Shown piece by piece: positions 44,987 through 55,212 of a DNA stretch of 64,000 nucleotides. Origin of the DNA: Candidatus Brennerbacteria bacterium (GTDB lineage Bacteria; Patescibacteriota; Minisyncoccia; UBA6257; GWB1-50-10); assembly GCA_043799565.1 (NCBI GenBank), contig JAZDNP010000013.1, positions 5,847-69,846 on the forward strand. The letters run 5' to 3'. Position numbers and translations under genes: made by a program. The notes beneath the pieces were generated by a model that saw only the letters and a program-made list of their open reading frames with translations, did no database searches and had not been told where the DNA came from. Position 1 is the stretch's first letter, and each line of letters starts with the position of its first letter.

Positions 44987-46051
44987 CTATGGGCAACTCT
45001 TGGCGCTGAGGTGGAGGTGTCCCGCGCCGGCTTCATACCGCGCGCCATTACACTGTTGGTATCCGTTCGTGACTGCGAATCCCGCCGCGTCCGCCGCAGA
45101 GGTGAACTGCGCGAGGTATTGGCAATCCGTGCCAGAAAGGTATCTCCGGTTATCAATAATGACGGTCACATCCACGCTACACCCGTTGTAATGACCCGCC
45201 GACTCAAAAGAAGCTGTGGGCGGGTATGCCTCAATGATTCGCCATTTCATGACAATATCTCTCCCGAACAACCCCGCATCCGCAACCTTGATACCACTTG
45301 CTCCCGATATCGTTGTGTTTAATCGTGCTAGAGCGGAGTTGGTTTTCGGATTCACGATGCAATTTGATGGCTCTCCGCCCCATCGACACTTCCCCGGTTG
45401 CATAGGGAAAACTCCGTTAAGCTCGGCGCAGTTCGTGCAACTGGCGCGAATGATGCACGCGCGTAGTTGCGCGGGAGACGGTGCGGGCACGAGGGTGGTG
45501 CAGTATGCAAACTCACGCGCTCTTGTGGTTGACGCGTTTTGGAGTTCCTCGTCGGTGATTGGGAGTGTTTGATTCTCGCCGGGGATAAGTTGGTCAGCGG
45601 ACACGCCTTCTTTTTCAATGCCGCCGAGCTGGATTCTTTCTGGTCCCGCAATTTCTCCAAATCTTTGGGTAATCCGCGGGTTTACGGTGTTGAGAATGAG
45701 ATAGGAGCCAAAAAGAAGTACGATACCCCACATCGCCGACGTAATCATGTCTTTTCCTTCTTGCTGGCGGGTGGTGCTTCCTCCCGCGAATGTGTAAAAA
45801 AGCGAGCCGACGACGATAATACCTACCGCAAGTACGCCGGCAATGGCGAGTGCTATCTGATATACACGAGCGATATAAGCTGCGGGATTTGCCTCAATCC
45901 CAATATTGTTGTCGGAAACGCAGGAAATCCCTGTCGGGCACTGAATATCGGGCAAATCAAAGGATGCCGCAAGCGCGGGCAAATTTCCCGCAAGAAAGGC
46001 GACCGCAAAAACTATCGCAAAAACTATCGGAAAAAAAGGTTGATATTTCAT
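44987..46051 (-). CDS. T4SS-type (VirB2-like) pilin fused to a Cys-rich region and an M15-peptidase-like domain
   Basis: Pilin hairpin AGVLAV..IV.G...Y...G......GK..I..A..G..LL..SYLIL.T.NP; C-terminal H-x6-D (HYNGCSVD) and HLH. Confidence 0.75.
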   Translation of the reverse strand: MKYQPFFPIVFAIVFAVAFLAGNLPALAASFDLPDIQCPTGISCVSDNNIGIEANPAAYIARVYQIALAIAGVLAVGIIVVGSLFYTFAGGSTTRQQEGKDMITSAMWGIVLLFGSYLILNTVNPRITQRFGEIAGPERIQLGGIEKEGVSADQLIPGENQTLPITDEELQNASTTRAREFAYCTTLVPAPSPAQLRACIIRASCTNCAELNGVFPMQPGKCRWGGEPSNCIVNPKTNSALARLNTTISGASGIKVADAGLFGRDIVMKWRIIEAYPPTASFESAGHYNGCSVDVTVIIDNRRYLSGTDCQYLAQFTSAADAAGFAVTNGYQQCNGARYEAGAGHLHLSAKSCP

Positions 46052-46722
46052 GGTTCAATAGAAAATTGTGCACGCGTAGCCGCGATTTCTTGAAGGTTTC
46101 TCTGGTTTTGCGCTTCTAGAGAGACTGAGAATGTTCGCGGGGCGAGGTTGGAGCTTCCGGAGACGGTAAGTTCCGTGTCGCTTCCGACGCTTTGACGCAT
46201 TCCATCCACGGTCCATGCGAAAGAAAGGTCCGAAAGCGAGGAAAGGTTGAAAAAGAATGGCACGGCACGGAGCGTCATCGTGCCGCCGCTCCCTCTCCCT
46301 CCACGGTAAGGCGCATCGATAACCAGGATGGGTTGTACAGTCGGGATGCGGAGCGAGGTTTCGATTGTTTCCGCGCCGTGGAAAGCGGAAACGTGTACAA
46401 AGTGCGCATCACCGGGCCCTTTTGTCGCAGTAAATGTCGCCTGTTTCACACCGCGGCCGCCACCAATGAACTTTCCATCAACTTCCCACAATATCTCCGT
46501 CTGCGAAAGGTCCAACAACACCCCGTTCTTTGTCGCTTCCACTGCGACTGAAATGGGAGAGGTAAGCGAAGGGAGCGCTTTTCCTTTGAAAAAGGCCGGA
46601 TAGAAGTTGGAAGCTTTCCATGTAATGAACGCTTGGCTTAATGATGTCTGCGCGGAGACTCCCGCGTACCAGATTGCAATGGAAACGAGAACAGCTAAAG
46701 TGATGATAATGTTTTTTTTCAT
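46048..46722 (-). CDS. Secreted hypothetical protein, Ig-like beta-rich
   Basis: Signal peptide; W.A..FYP.F.KGK.LP; two W.VDG repeats; ATGA overlaps on both sides. Confidence 0.7.
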   Translation of the reverse strand: MKKNIIITLAVLVSIAIWYAGVSAQTSLSQAFITWKASNFYPAFFKGKALPSLTSPISVAVEATKNGVLLDLSQTEILWEVDGKFIGGGRGVKQATFTATKGPGDAHFVHVSAFHGAETIETSLRIPTVQPILVIDAPYRGGRGSGGTMTLRAVPFFFNLSSLSDLSFAWTVDGMRQSVGSDTELTVSGSSNLAPRTFSVSLEAQNQRNLQEIAATRAQFSIEP

Positions 46723-47258
46723 GCCGCTTTCTTTGCTCCCCATTTTTCCTGAATCCTTTTACTTTGCGCTTCATGTTCTTCCTTCGTTAGCCCTTTTTTC
46801 TCATCGTTTCCCTCAACCTCTTCCCGCGCGGTGCGGTACATGGTACGCGCTTCCTTCGCCGCCGCGAATGTACCTCGTGTTTCCTTCACATCCTTCAGCT
46901 TTTTCACGTCCATTTTACCCAATGTAACTGCGGTAGTCACGAGGCCGAACTTCTCCGGGTGGTTTTCCATGTAGACCGAGGCAAGGAAAGTGAATATTTG
47001 GGTGGGAACGAACGGTATGATTTGCGTTGCAATTGGTACAAGGAATCGGCGAACAAGATTTGCGCTCGCAGTTGCGCCTTTTAGCTGGAACCAGAGCGTA
47101 AAGAGAAGCCAGGAGAGGGATTGGATGACGAACCCCCCCACGCCCGCGAGAAGATCGGCGAAGGCGCTTACAATATCAATGAGGAGCGCAATCATGCTCC
47201 CGAATATAATTTCCACTAGATTGAATTTTGGTCCGTCCATAAAATGATTATTGATCAA
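46719..47258 (-). CDS. Hypothetical membrane protein
   Basis: Hydrophobic N-terminal half, charged tail, within the operon. Confidence 0.7.
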   Translation of the reverse strand: MINNHFMDGPKFNLVEIIFGSMIALLIDIVSAFADLLAGVGGFVIQSLSWLLFTLWFQLKGATASANLVRRFLVPIATQIIPFVPTQIFTFLASVYMENHPEKFGLVTTAVTLGKMDVKKLKDVKETRGTFAAAKEARTMYRTAREEVEGNDEKKGLTKEEHEAQSKRIQEKWGAKKAA

Positions 47259-47261
47259 TGA

Positions 47262-49019
47262 TCATTGATTACTTTTCAACCCCTTTATCTCCAACATTTG
47301 CTCGGGGTTCGTGGTAATAATCTGATCCTCGGTGTAGGAGGCGATGATCTTGACCGCGACGTGTTTGAGTCCCGCAAAGAAGAGCCCCTCCCCCACCCCC
47401 GCCTCAAGGAGAAGCATCTTTTCTCCGTCGGTGAGGTCAAATGCGCCCGCTACCGCATCAATTGAGGTTGGCGATTGTTTCATAAGGAGCTGGATGGACG
47501 AGTTGGTGACGATGGGGCGCCCATATTCTGACCGGAGGAAATCCTCCACGTCCTGCGTAATGGTGGTGATGCCGAGGTAGTATTTCCTGGCGCGCTTTAC
47601 GAGGCCGAAGAGGAAAGACGCGGAGTCCTTATATTTCATCATCCACCACGCCTCATCAATGATGAGGAGGCGGCGCTTAAGTTCGGAGCGCACCAGATTC
47701 CACACGAAGTTCAGCACGATGTACATTGCGATAGGGCGAAGTTCCTCTTCTAGGTCGCGGATGGAGAAAACGATAAGGCGGTTTTTTACGTCAATGTTGG
47801 TCGGCGCGTTTGTGAATCCGGCGTAAGATCCCTTCACAAACTTTTCCAAACGTTGGCCAATACCGCGTCCGCCATCCGTGTTCGTCAGCACCGTTTGAAG
47901 ATCTCCCAAAAGCGGAGGATTCAATTCTTTGATACTGCCGAAGTTTTCCGCAGTGATGTCGCGGGATGCGTAGGTTTCGGTGATGGCGCGGTCCAAAAGT
48001 GAGTCCTCTTCGGGCGTTACCGCGCCGAGCATGAGTTTCACGAGGCCGGTAAGGTTTAGAACATGCGATTTGAAAACGTCCGCAGGCTCTTCCCCTTCCG
48101 GAATAAGCGGAATATCAAAAGGATTTATGTGGTTTGGTGAAGTGAGGGAAATCTTAAAATAGCTTCCGCCGACCGCGTTCGCAAGGTTTTGATACTCGTT
48201 CTCCGGGTCTATAACGATCACGTCGGTGCCGAGCATCATGGTGCGGAGGATCTCTAGTTTTGTTGCATACGACTTGCCGGAACCTGATTTTGCAAAAACC
48301 ACCGCGTTCGCATTTTCCAGCGAGAAGCGGTCAAAAATGATGAGCGATTGGTTGTGGAGATTAATGCCGTAGAGAATACCCTTGTCGGAGGTAAGATCGG
48401 GCGAGACGAACGGAAAAAGCGAAGAAACAGGGCCGGAATTCATCGGCGTATTAATGGAAAGCTTGTCCAGTCCGGTAGGGAGCGCCGAAAGGAAGGCCTC
48501 ATCCTGCCGGAAGAGCGCCGGTTTCACGTTCACAAGCCGTGATTCAAGAGTAGATTGTATTTTGTCCTCCAGTTTTGTAAGCTCCTCCACGGATTTCCCG
48601 TAGAGCGTGATGTAAACGCCAACCTTAAAGAGTTTTTCCTGCGCTTGTTGGAGCGTGTCGCGGAGGCTTTCTAGGTCACGGTATGCCGTTTCAAGCATGG
48701 GGTCCCGCACGAGCCCCTTCTCTTCCCGCTCCATTGTTTCCGCCTGCACTTGCGCCACTTTTTTGCGTAGGTTCTTAAGCGCCGTACCGGTGTCGGTTGG
48801 ATGGATGAAGATGGCGATATCAAGCATCTCCGGCATGTTGATTAGTGGAGAGAACCAGCCGCTCGCGACGTAACGTGGATAGGTGAAGAGAAAAAGAGTT
48901 TTTGTATAGTAGTCGCCCAACTTCAGATAATTGGACGACACTTCAGCGCCGGCAGGAGCAATAACACTTCCCATATCCTCGGAAGACGGTTCGTACGCTT
49001 TCGGTGTTTTTATCTCCAT
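47262..49019 (-). CDS. VirB4/TraC-like ATPase
   Basis: YG.N, FDRF, AKSGSGKS, IDPENEY, INPFD, IIDEAW, RARKY, ITQ. Confidence 0.92.
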   Translation of the reverse strand: MEIKTPKAYEPSSEDMGSVIAPAGAEVSSNYLKLGDYYTKTLFLFTYPRYVASGWFSPLINMPEMLDIAIFIHPTDTGTALKNLRKKVAQVQAETMEREEKGLVRDPMLETAYRDLESLRDTLQQAQEKLFKVGVYITLYGKSVEELTKLEDKIQSTLESRLVNVKPALFRQDEAFLSALPTGLDKLSINTPMNSGPVSSLFPFVSPDLTSDKGILYGINLHNQSLIIFDRFSLENANAVVFAKSGSGKSYATKLEILRTMMLGTDVIVIDPENEYQNLANAVGGSYFKISLTSPNHINPFDIPLIPEGEEPADVFKSHVLNLTGLVKLMLGAVTPEEDSLLDRAITETYASRDITAENFGSIKELNPPLLGDLQTVLTNTDGGRGIGQRLEKFVKGSYAGFTNAPTNIDVKNRLIVFSIRDLEEELRPIAMYIVLNFVWNLVRSELKRRLLIIDEAWWMMKYKDSASFLFGLVKRARKYYLGITTITQDVEDFLRSEYGRPIVTNSSIQLLMKQSPTSIDAVAGAFDLTDGEKMLLLEAGVGEGLFFAGLKHVAVKIIASYTEDQIITTNPEQMLEIKGLKSNQ

Positions 49020-49023
49020 ATTG

Positions 49024-49671
49024 TTATTCTTTACTTACCACCCGCTTTCCCTCCACGAGTTCGGGATTATACAGGTTATAAAAGAGTTCCACCAAAGCAT
49101 CATTTTCCAACGGTGCCGCGCGAAGTCCTATTTGAGAAAGTCCATCTATCACCTGGTTTACGCGCCGTTCAAGTTGAGAAAGAGTTTCCTGCGAGCTTTC
49201 TTCGTGCAACGTTGAGCCAGGAGCAGCTTTCCTGAAGAGGGACAAAAGCCCTCCTGCCTTACCGGCGGGAATTATGGATTCGTACGGCACTACGGTAAAA
49301 AAAGTTTTTGAGATAATGGCATTTTCCTCCACAAACGTGCGGATGAATTCCACGTACTCGCCTATCTGTATCTTTAAAAGTTCGCTTGGTTCCTTCTCCA
49401 TATGTGTGCGCATGGAAGCAAGGTACGCGTCCACATTCACTTTGCGCGAGTGGATAAAGAACTGGACCGAAAAATCCAAGGTGTTGAGAAAACTTTGGAA
49501 ACTTCCGAGAATAAGTCCCTGTTCCGCCTCGGATTTCAGGTCAAAGTTTACACCGCTCACAATGAGTACACGGCGCACCCCCCCACTTTTTAAATACAGT
49601 ACGCCATCTCGTATCTCCTTTATATCAACGAGCGCTTGGGTCGGCGTGGTGGGTTCCTTCTGCATAGACAC
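49024..49671 (-). CDS. TraC-like protein corresponding to the VirB4 N-terminal region
   Basis: TQ....I.EIRDG, V..VNF.LKSE.EQ, F..FLN.L.F..Q....SR. Confidence 0.75.
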   Translation of the reverse strand: MSMQKEPTTPTQALVDIKEIRDGVLYLKSGGVRRVLIVSGVNFDLKSEAEQGLILGSFQSFLNTLDFSVQFFIHSRKVNVDAYLASMRTHMEKEPSELLKIQIGEYVEFIRTFVEENAIISKTFFTVVPYESIIPAGKAGGLLSLFRKAAPGSTLHEESSQETLSQLERRVNQVIDGLSQIGLRAAPLENDALVELFYNLYNPELVEGKRVVSKE

Positions 49672-49683
49672 AGTTTATAGGCG

Positions 49684-50187
49684 TTACGTCTTATAATCCA
49701 CCCGCTTCGCGACTTTTTTCTCTCCCGTGAGATAGGTAACGACCTCGTATTGTTTTTCCTGTTTTTTCATTTCGGGAAGGCGAGAAAAAATCTTTCCCGT
49801 TGTGATTTGAAGTGCGAGAGATCTCAACGTTTCTTCTATCCCCATTTTCCTCCGAAGCGCTTCAATTTTTTGGAGCTCTGCGACCCCGGGAAGCGTAGTT
49901 TCGGGGAGCATGCGCGACCATGTGTACACGCGCGGTTTCCAGTAATACGCAAGCGCAGAGCGGAGCACTGCCGGGAGCGGTTGGGCATTGATTTTTATGA
50001 ATGCCAATCCGATAGCTATTGCGGCTACGAGAAGCGTGATAAGGAGCCAAAGAAAGAACGTGAAGACGTAGAAGGAGGCGAAGCTTATCCCCACCGCGGC
50101 GGCGAGATAGAGAAATTGGGGGAGCGTGAGGAACCCCACCACCTTTGGTTGTTCATCAATGAACTGCGGAATTTGGAATGTTGCCAT
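49684..50187 (-). CDS. PrgI family (VirB3-like) protein
   Basis: FQ.PQFID...K.VG.LT..QF.Y, two TM helices, PR.Y.W. Confidence 0.88.
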   Translation of the reverse strand: MATFQIPQFIDEQPKVVGFLTLPQFLYLAAAVGISFASFYVFTFFLWLLITLLVAAIAIGLAFIKINAQPLPAVLRSALAYYWKPRVYTWSRMLPETTLPGVAELQKIEALRRKMGIEETLRSLALQITTGKIFSRLPEMKKQEKQYEVVTYLTGEKKVAKRVDYKT

Positions 50188-50193
50188 AACGCA

Positions 50194-51138
50194 TTAACGA
50201 AGGTCTACCACATTTCCTTCTACATTAGGTAGCCCGCCTGTTCCTGAGGACAGCGGACTTATTTTGGGAAGAGGCGGAAGGGACTCGCTCTTTTTTATCT
50301 GAAGTGGCGTTTCTTTAGTCTGGGTAGAGGGTTGCTCAGGAATAAGCGGCGACATTGCGACTTTAGGTGCCACCAAAGTTTTCCCGAACGTTTCCAGATT
50401 GATGAATTCTCCGCCCGTACCGGGCGAGAGATTGGTGCGGTATTCGCTGTAATGTACCACCTTCCCCTCCTCTTTGGTTGGTTTGCTCGCTGGAGCTTTA
50501 GCGTCGGAGGGCGTTTCTATGGTTGCACGAGGTGCCGGGGCGAACTCCCCTTGTTTTGGTTTGAAAAGCCCGAAGGGAAGCGAAAATCCCCTCATTGATT
50601 CCTTTCTCGTTTCACCCGAGAGTGCCTTTTCTTCATGAAGGACGAACGGTGCGTTTGAGGGAGATGCCCCTTTTCCTGCCGAGGCGGGAATCAATACGGA
50701 GGAGGGGCGGTCCTTGAATCTGAGAAATGAAGGAGTCCCTAAGCCCCTGGGTTTTGATTCAGGAGATGACGATTCCCTCGTTTCGCGCACATCTTCTCCC
50801 GCAAGGGCAGGCTGGTAGAACTCATCGAGTTCTGTTTCAACTCGGGAGAACACCTTTCTCCCTATTTCCTCGGTGATAGATTGAGCGATCTTTGTATCGA
50901 GGTTCGCGCCTTGTTCGATCTCTCGCGCAAGGTCGGTGCGGTGGATGAACCCGAAGAACACCGCGGCGGTGAGCGCCAAAACTTTATCGGTTTTTTTTTG
51001 GTCAAGATGGTGAGCATCCGCGATTGACTGCAACACCCCGCCTATTTCAAGAGAAAATGCAAGGTTGCGGATTGACTCCGGCAGAGCATCAAGCCGTTCA
51101 AGAAATTTATTTTTCGATACGGTAAACATTCTCTGCAT
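50194..51138 (-). CDS. Hypothetical protein with Pro-rich disordered C-terminus
   Basis: Helical N-domain (LP...R, EI...VF), VVHYS motif, ends NVVDLR. Confidence 0.7.
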   Translation of the reverse strand: MQRMFTVSKNKFLERLDALPESIRNLAFSLEIGGVLQSIADAHHLDQKKTDKVLALTAAVFFGFIHRTDLAREIEQGANLDTKIAQSITEEIGRKVFSRVETELDEFYQPALAGEDVRETRESSSPESKPRGLGTPSFLRFKDRPSSVLIPASAGKGASPSNAPFVLHEEKALSGETRKESMRGFSLPFGLFKPKQGEFAPAPRATIETPSDAKAPASKPTKEEGKVVHYSEYRTNLSPGTGGEFINLETFGKTLVAPKVAMSPLIPEQPSTQTKETPLQIKKSESLPPLPKISPLSSGTGGLPNVEGNVVDLR

Positions 51139-51143
51139 TTCTT

Positions 51144-53114
51144 TTACGGCGTGCTAGGAGGTGGTGATGGTGGTGGAGGCGGTGCGGCTGCCGGTGTTGC
51201 GGGCGCCGCCGCGGTCCCTGTGTCGTAGAGACGGAGCGAAGCAATTTGGTTTTGCACTTTAGCGAGCTTGTCTGCTGCTTTCACATTCCCTTCAGCGATA
51301 AGTTGCGCTCCGACCGCATCAATCGTCACATCGAGTCGTTCAAACCCTGCGCCTTTGACGTTCCGGAAGAGCTTTGCGACGTCGGCAGGTACATTCACTG
51401 CGATTCCATGTACGAGCGCTTGGCGGAAGGCATCGCTCATTTCTTTCGTCGTGCCCGCCCCTAACTGTTCGATGATCGCTTTTCCAAAAGTGTCGTTTGT
51501 TGGGAGCTTCGGGATTTCATCCGGTTTGAGTTTCTCGATCCACGCCGCCATTGCATCGTCGAGTTTCTTTTTATCCTCCGGCTTTGACATATCACCAGAT
51601 CTCAATATATCGGCAGATGCGAGATCCATACCTGCGGCGACCTCAAACCCTTTCCACTGCCGCGATTCCTTTCCATAGTACGACTCGAAAACCTCCTTGT
51701 TCTTTTGCGTCACATTACCCAGTACATCAGGTTTCCCAGTAGTGCGATTTTGAATGAGTCCCACCGTGCCATTTTTCGCGAGGCGCTCCATAGCGGCGAC
51801 TTTCTCTGGAGCGGAAAGCGTATCCAGGTTTTTAGCAAGATGCGCATCCCCGTATTTCTTGAGCCGTTTGTCGGCATCATCGACAAGCCCGCGTCGCAGA
51901 ACGTCTGCCTGACCGCCTAACGCCATTCCCATGCGCTTAAAGCCTGGAATCCGCTGCAGCCTGCCTGCAAGGCCGGTTCCAAGCTTGGACTCGAGCGCTC
52001 GAGCGCCAGCTTGTTTTGCCTGTCTACCTGCCCACGCTTGGGCACCAGTCTTAGCTTTGTTTGCGATGGCCATACCAATATTTGCTCCCGCAACTCCCAT
52101 TTTCTGCGCAACGATGAGTCCACCAAGCATAATGCCAGCGAGTACAAACATTTGAACACCTTGGGACATGATGCTTATGAGGCCCGCATCAAAAAAATTG
52201 GAACCATCTGCAACGGGCGCAGGTTTTCCTCCCATAGCTTCCAGTGCCGCGAATGCGAGGTAGATGAAAAACGTTGCGATGGGTGCAAAAGTGGCCCACT
52301 TAATAAAATCTTTCCACCAATCTTGGAAGTAGTTTCCGAGGTTCGGCATGACCCAGAAGAGCCATATGATGGGTGCGGTAATACCGAGGAAGGTGAGATG
52401 CAGGTAGCGGAGCAGCAGCATAATAGCAAAAGTGCCGACGACCACAACGCTCAAAAATACGAATACGACATTAAAAATTTGGCCGGCGATGAGATTGAAA
52501 AGTCCTGCGCCGAAAGTACTGATGGCGCCTGCGGCACTTTCGAAGTTTTGCGGGTCGTTTAATCGCTGGGGATTGAATGCGCCTGCGAGCGCGGCGCCGA
52601 GGCCGTTAGGACTCGGAATCCGGTTGAGGAAAAATGCGGTAAAAACGTTCGTGAACTGAAGCACCGCGCCTGCGATCGCAAGCGAGAAATTCACTAGAAT
52701 TGCCGCCGCAATGAGCCGGACCAAAAGCTTCTGGCTTCCATATTTTTCAACGCGAAACATTACACCGAAAGCGATGACGATAATAATAAGCACGAACCCG
52801 AGATTTGCGAGGTCGCGCATAATCTCCCATCCGATTTCAACAAGCTTGTTCTGCGGGTCGAACACTTGGAGGTTCAGATCCATCATGATCCCCGCGATCC
52901 ACGAAAAAAGATTCAGCACGAGTCCTCCGAGGAACCCAATGATGTATGCAACCACGCCAAACGCTTTCCCTATGACGTAACCGGCAATATCACCGATATT
53001 AAAAAGATCGCCGAGGAAGGATGTTTGTGCGTGGGCTGCGAGTGGAAACGCAAGTATTCCTCCTGCAATAAGGAGGAAGAAGAACACGCGAGAATATGAG
53101 GAAAACAATTTCAT
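51144..53114 (-). CDS. VirB6/TrbL-like polytopic membrane protein
   Basis: GW...RDLAN..F, L..AA.LVNFS, R...L..L....P, WW..F; start reassigned to 53114. Confidence 0.8.
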   Translation of the reverse strand: MKLFSSYSRVFFFLLIAGGILAFPLAAHAQTSFLGDLFNIGDIAGYVIGKAFGVVAYIIGFLGGLVLNLFSWIAGIMMDLNLQVFDPQNKLVEIGWEIMRDLANLGFVLIIIVIAFGVMFRVEKYGSQKLLVRLIAAAILVNFSLAIAGAVLQFTNVFTAFFLNRIPSPNGLGAALAGAFNPQRLNDPQNFESAAGAISTFGAGLFNLIAGQIFNVVFVFLSVVVVGTFAIMLLLRYLHLTFLGITAPIIWLFWVMPNLGNYFQDWWKDFIKWATFAPIATFFIYLAFAALEAMGGKPAPVADGSNFFDAGLISIMSQGVQMFVLAGIMLGGLIVAQKMGVAGANIGMAIANKAKTGAQAWAGRQAKQAGARALESKLGTGLAGRLQRIPGFKRMGMALGGQADVLRRGLVDDADKRLKKYGDAHLAKNLDTLSAPEKVAAMERLAKNGTVGLIQNRTTGKPDVLGNVTQKNKEVFESYYGKESRQWKGFEVAAGMDLASADILRSGDMSKPEDKKKLDDAMAAWIEKLKPDEIPKLPTNDTFGKAIIEQLGAGTTKEMSDAFRQALVHGIAVNVPADVAKLFRNVKGAGFERLDVTIDAVGAQLIAEGNVKAADKLAKVQNQIASLRLYDTGTAAAPATPAAAPPPPPSPPPSTP

Positions 53115-53118
53115 GCGG

Positions 53119-55209
53119 TTATGAAGACGGTGGCGGCGTCCAACTGCATGAGTAGGAACCGAGCTGGCAGGCTTGGCGGGCCTGGCCGGTCGTTGTGAGC
53201 TGCTGGGTAAGGAGCGTTTCAAGCTCTAGCTGGCTCACGATGGTGGTCGCAAGGTAGCTCTGTGTGGTACCAAGCGCGCTCACAAATGACTGAAGCTCGG
53301 ATTCCAAAAGATTGGAATTAGCATTGAATTCCCGCTCAATATCTGCCGTTCCTTCAAGCGTTTTTGTGAGATTGGTCCGGTTGGTAGTGAACTGGACGGA
53401 ACGAATTTGAGCGAGAATGAGCGTGGAGGAAGTGCTGCCGCATGCCGCGCCGGAGTTTATATTGTGAGGAATTTCACAATCTACTGAAAGGGCCGTGGAA
53501 GTCGCAATAAGTTCTTTATTGAGCGCAATGAGGCGAGTGAGTGTTGTACTTGCGGACGCCACTTTGGTGCGTATGTCGGGAATTTGCCGTCGGATTTCGG
53601 TTTTGAGCTGTGCGGTGAAGTTTGTAGAAGATGTGAACTCGGAACCGTAGCCGCTGAATGGATCAGCGTCGGTGTATTGTGTCGGGGCCCGTCCCGTGGT
53701 GGTTTCACTGCGCAATCTGGTCGGGCTTCCACGGAGCCCCTTCACCCCCTCTTTGATGATGCGGTTTATTGCGGCATCAAATACCGCATTGGAGTATTTT
53801 GAAAGGTCATTTGCACTTGCGAGGTGTTGAGTGTCGGCGATGAGCGCTACGCCTGCAATTTGCTGCGTGCCTGCGGGTGGAATGGTAATTTCCTCACGAG
53901 AGCATGTGAAGACGACGGAGCCGCCTCCCAAGGCGCTCGCAACACTTTCGTACGCCGCACTTCCCGACGCCGGAGGAAAGAGTGGGTTGGGATAGTCGAA
54001 ATCACTACTGTTCACAGCTCGCCTAGTTTCCTTTGAGCGGCCGCTTAACGTAAGCGCAAAACTTGTCGCGGTCCATTCCAAACACTGGACGACTGGTTTG
54101 TAGCCACCACCCGCGGATGCAAGAAGGGCCGCTTCCCCTTTTTTCTTTGCGGTTTGGCGCATAACCTCGTCCTGCGTGGCAAAGAGTGAACCAGCGAAAT
54201 TATTGTTAGGACTGAACGATTCTGCGTATGCAAGCGGTCCACCCGCAGAAAAGTCGTCATAAAATCCTTGGATATTTTCTACAATATCATCCAACGTGCA
54301 GCTCGCACTTTCCGAAAATTTTGGGATGGGAGCGAGAAGTGGGGGTATGCGAGCGCGGAGCGGCGAGCAGAGTTCCGCAAGGCCAAGTTCACGTGCGGTG
54401 TCGCCGACCGCCGCCTGCCCCGCTTCCTCAAGAAAGTCGCCGAAGTTTGTGATGAATTTGGGGTCGCGTCCATCCGATATCCAACCGACAATGTCGTCGG
54501 TCATGCGATCCAAAAGGCGCTTCCGGAATTTTCCAAGCGCGATTTTAAATGCCTCATCTTTAATCGCCTTCATGCAGTTTCCAAACTGTATCTTTTCCGT
54601 TTCTTTAAGTTGCTTGCCCGTTTCCTCCACTTGCTGTGGCCCCCCTCCTCCCCCGCCGAAGATGTCGCCAAGCCCGAGCGCATCTCCAATACCGCTAAGT
54701 GCGCTACCCAAGCCAGGAATGGCCAAATCAAGCCCCAAACTCGCTAAATTTTTAATCCCGAGCTCTTTCCCCAGTAATTTAACCGCACCTTTTCCTAAAT
54801 CCTTAACCGCGCCTAAGGCCTTATCTCCTATTTGGTCAACCGCTGCGTCCACAGTGCATTGCTTCACCGCATTTGCAGTAGATGGAGTTTCGCCGGTGCT
54901 TATAGGAGCAGGGGCAACCGGAGATACGCGGCGGTTACAAGCGAAAATGGGGAACGTAAAGATTCTCTTGTAATACTCAAAGTCCGGAGAGCCGATCGCT
55001 GGAGGAACTTCAGGGTCTTCGTACGGGAAAAGAAAATTTACCGGCACTACAATTTCCGAAAAAATCCCATCGCTCTTTCTTGTGCCGCTTATTTTCCAAT
55101 CAAGGCAAGTGTCACCCGCCGTTTGTGCAAAAACTGAGGGAATGGTGCCAAAAGGCGCAATGAGCATCGCGGCTACGAGTAGGGATAAAATTTTGAAGAA
55201 AATACGCAT
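53119..55209 (-). CDS. Large secreted Cys-containing hypothetical protein of the T4SS-like cluster
   Basis: Signal peptide, V.WI..G..P.FI.N..., LCSP, CTL motifs, coiled-coil C-terminus. Confidence 0.75.
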   Translation of the reverse strand: MRIFFKILSLLVAAMLIAPFGTIPSVFAQTAGDTCLDWKISGTRKSDGIFSEIVVPVNFLFPYEDPEVPPAIGSPDFEYYKRIFTFPIFACNRRVSPVAPAPISTGETPSTANAVKQCTVDAAVDQIGDKALGAVKDLGKGAVKLLGKELGIKNLASLGLDLAIPGLGSALSGIGDALGLGDIFGGGGGGPQQVEETGKQLKETEKIQFGNCMKAIKDEAFKIALGKFRKRLLDRMTDDIVGWISDGRDPKFITNFGDFLEEAGQAAVGDTARELGLAELCSPLRARIPPLLAPIPKFSESASCTLDDIVENIQGFYDDFSAGGPLAYAESFSPNNNFAGSLFATQDEVMRQTAKKKGEAALLASAGGGYKPVVQCLEWTATSFALTLSGRSKETRRAVNSSDFDYPNPLFPPASGSAAYESVASALGGGSVVFTCSREEITIPPAGTQQIAGVALIADTQHLASANDLSKYSNAVFDAAINRIIKEGVKGLRGSPTRLRSETTTGRAPTQYTDADPFSGYGSEFTSSTNFTAQLKTEIRRQIPDIRTKVASASTTLTRLIALNKELIATSTALSVDCEIPHNINSGAACGSTSSTLILAQIRSVQFTTNRTNLTKTLEGTADIEREFNANSNLLESELQSFVSALGTTQSYLATTIVSQLELETLLTQQLTTTGQARQACQLGSYSCSWTPPPSS

Positions 55210-55212
55210 GAA

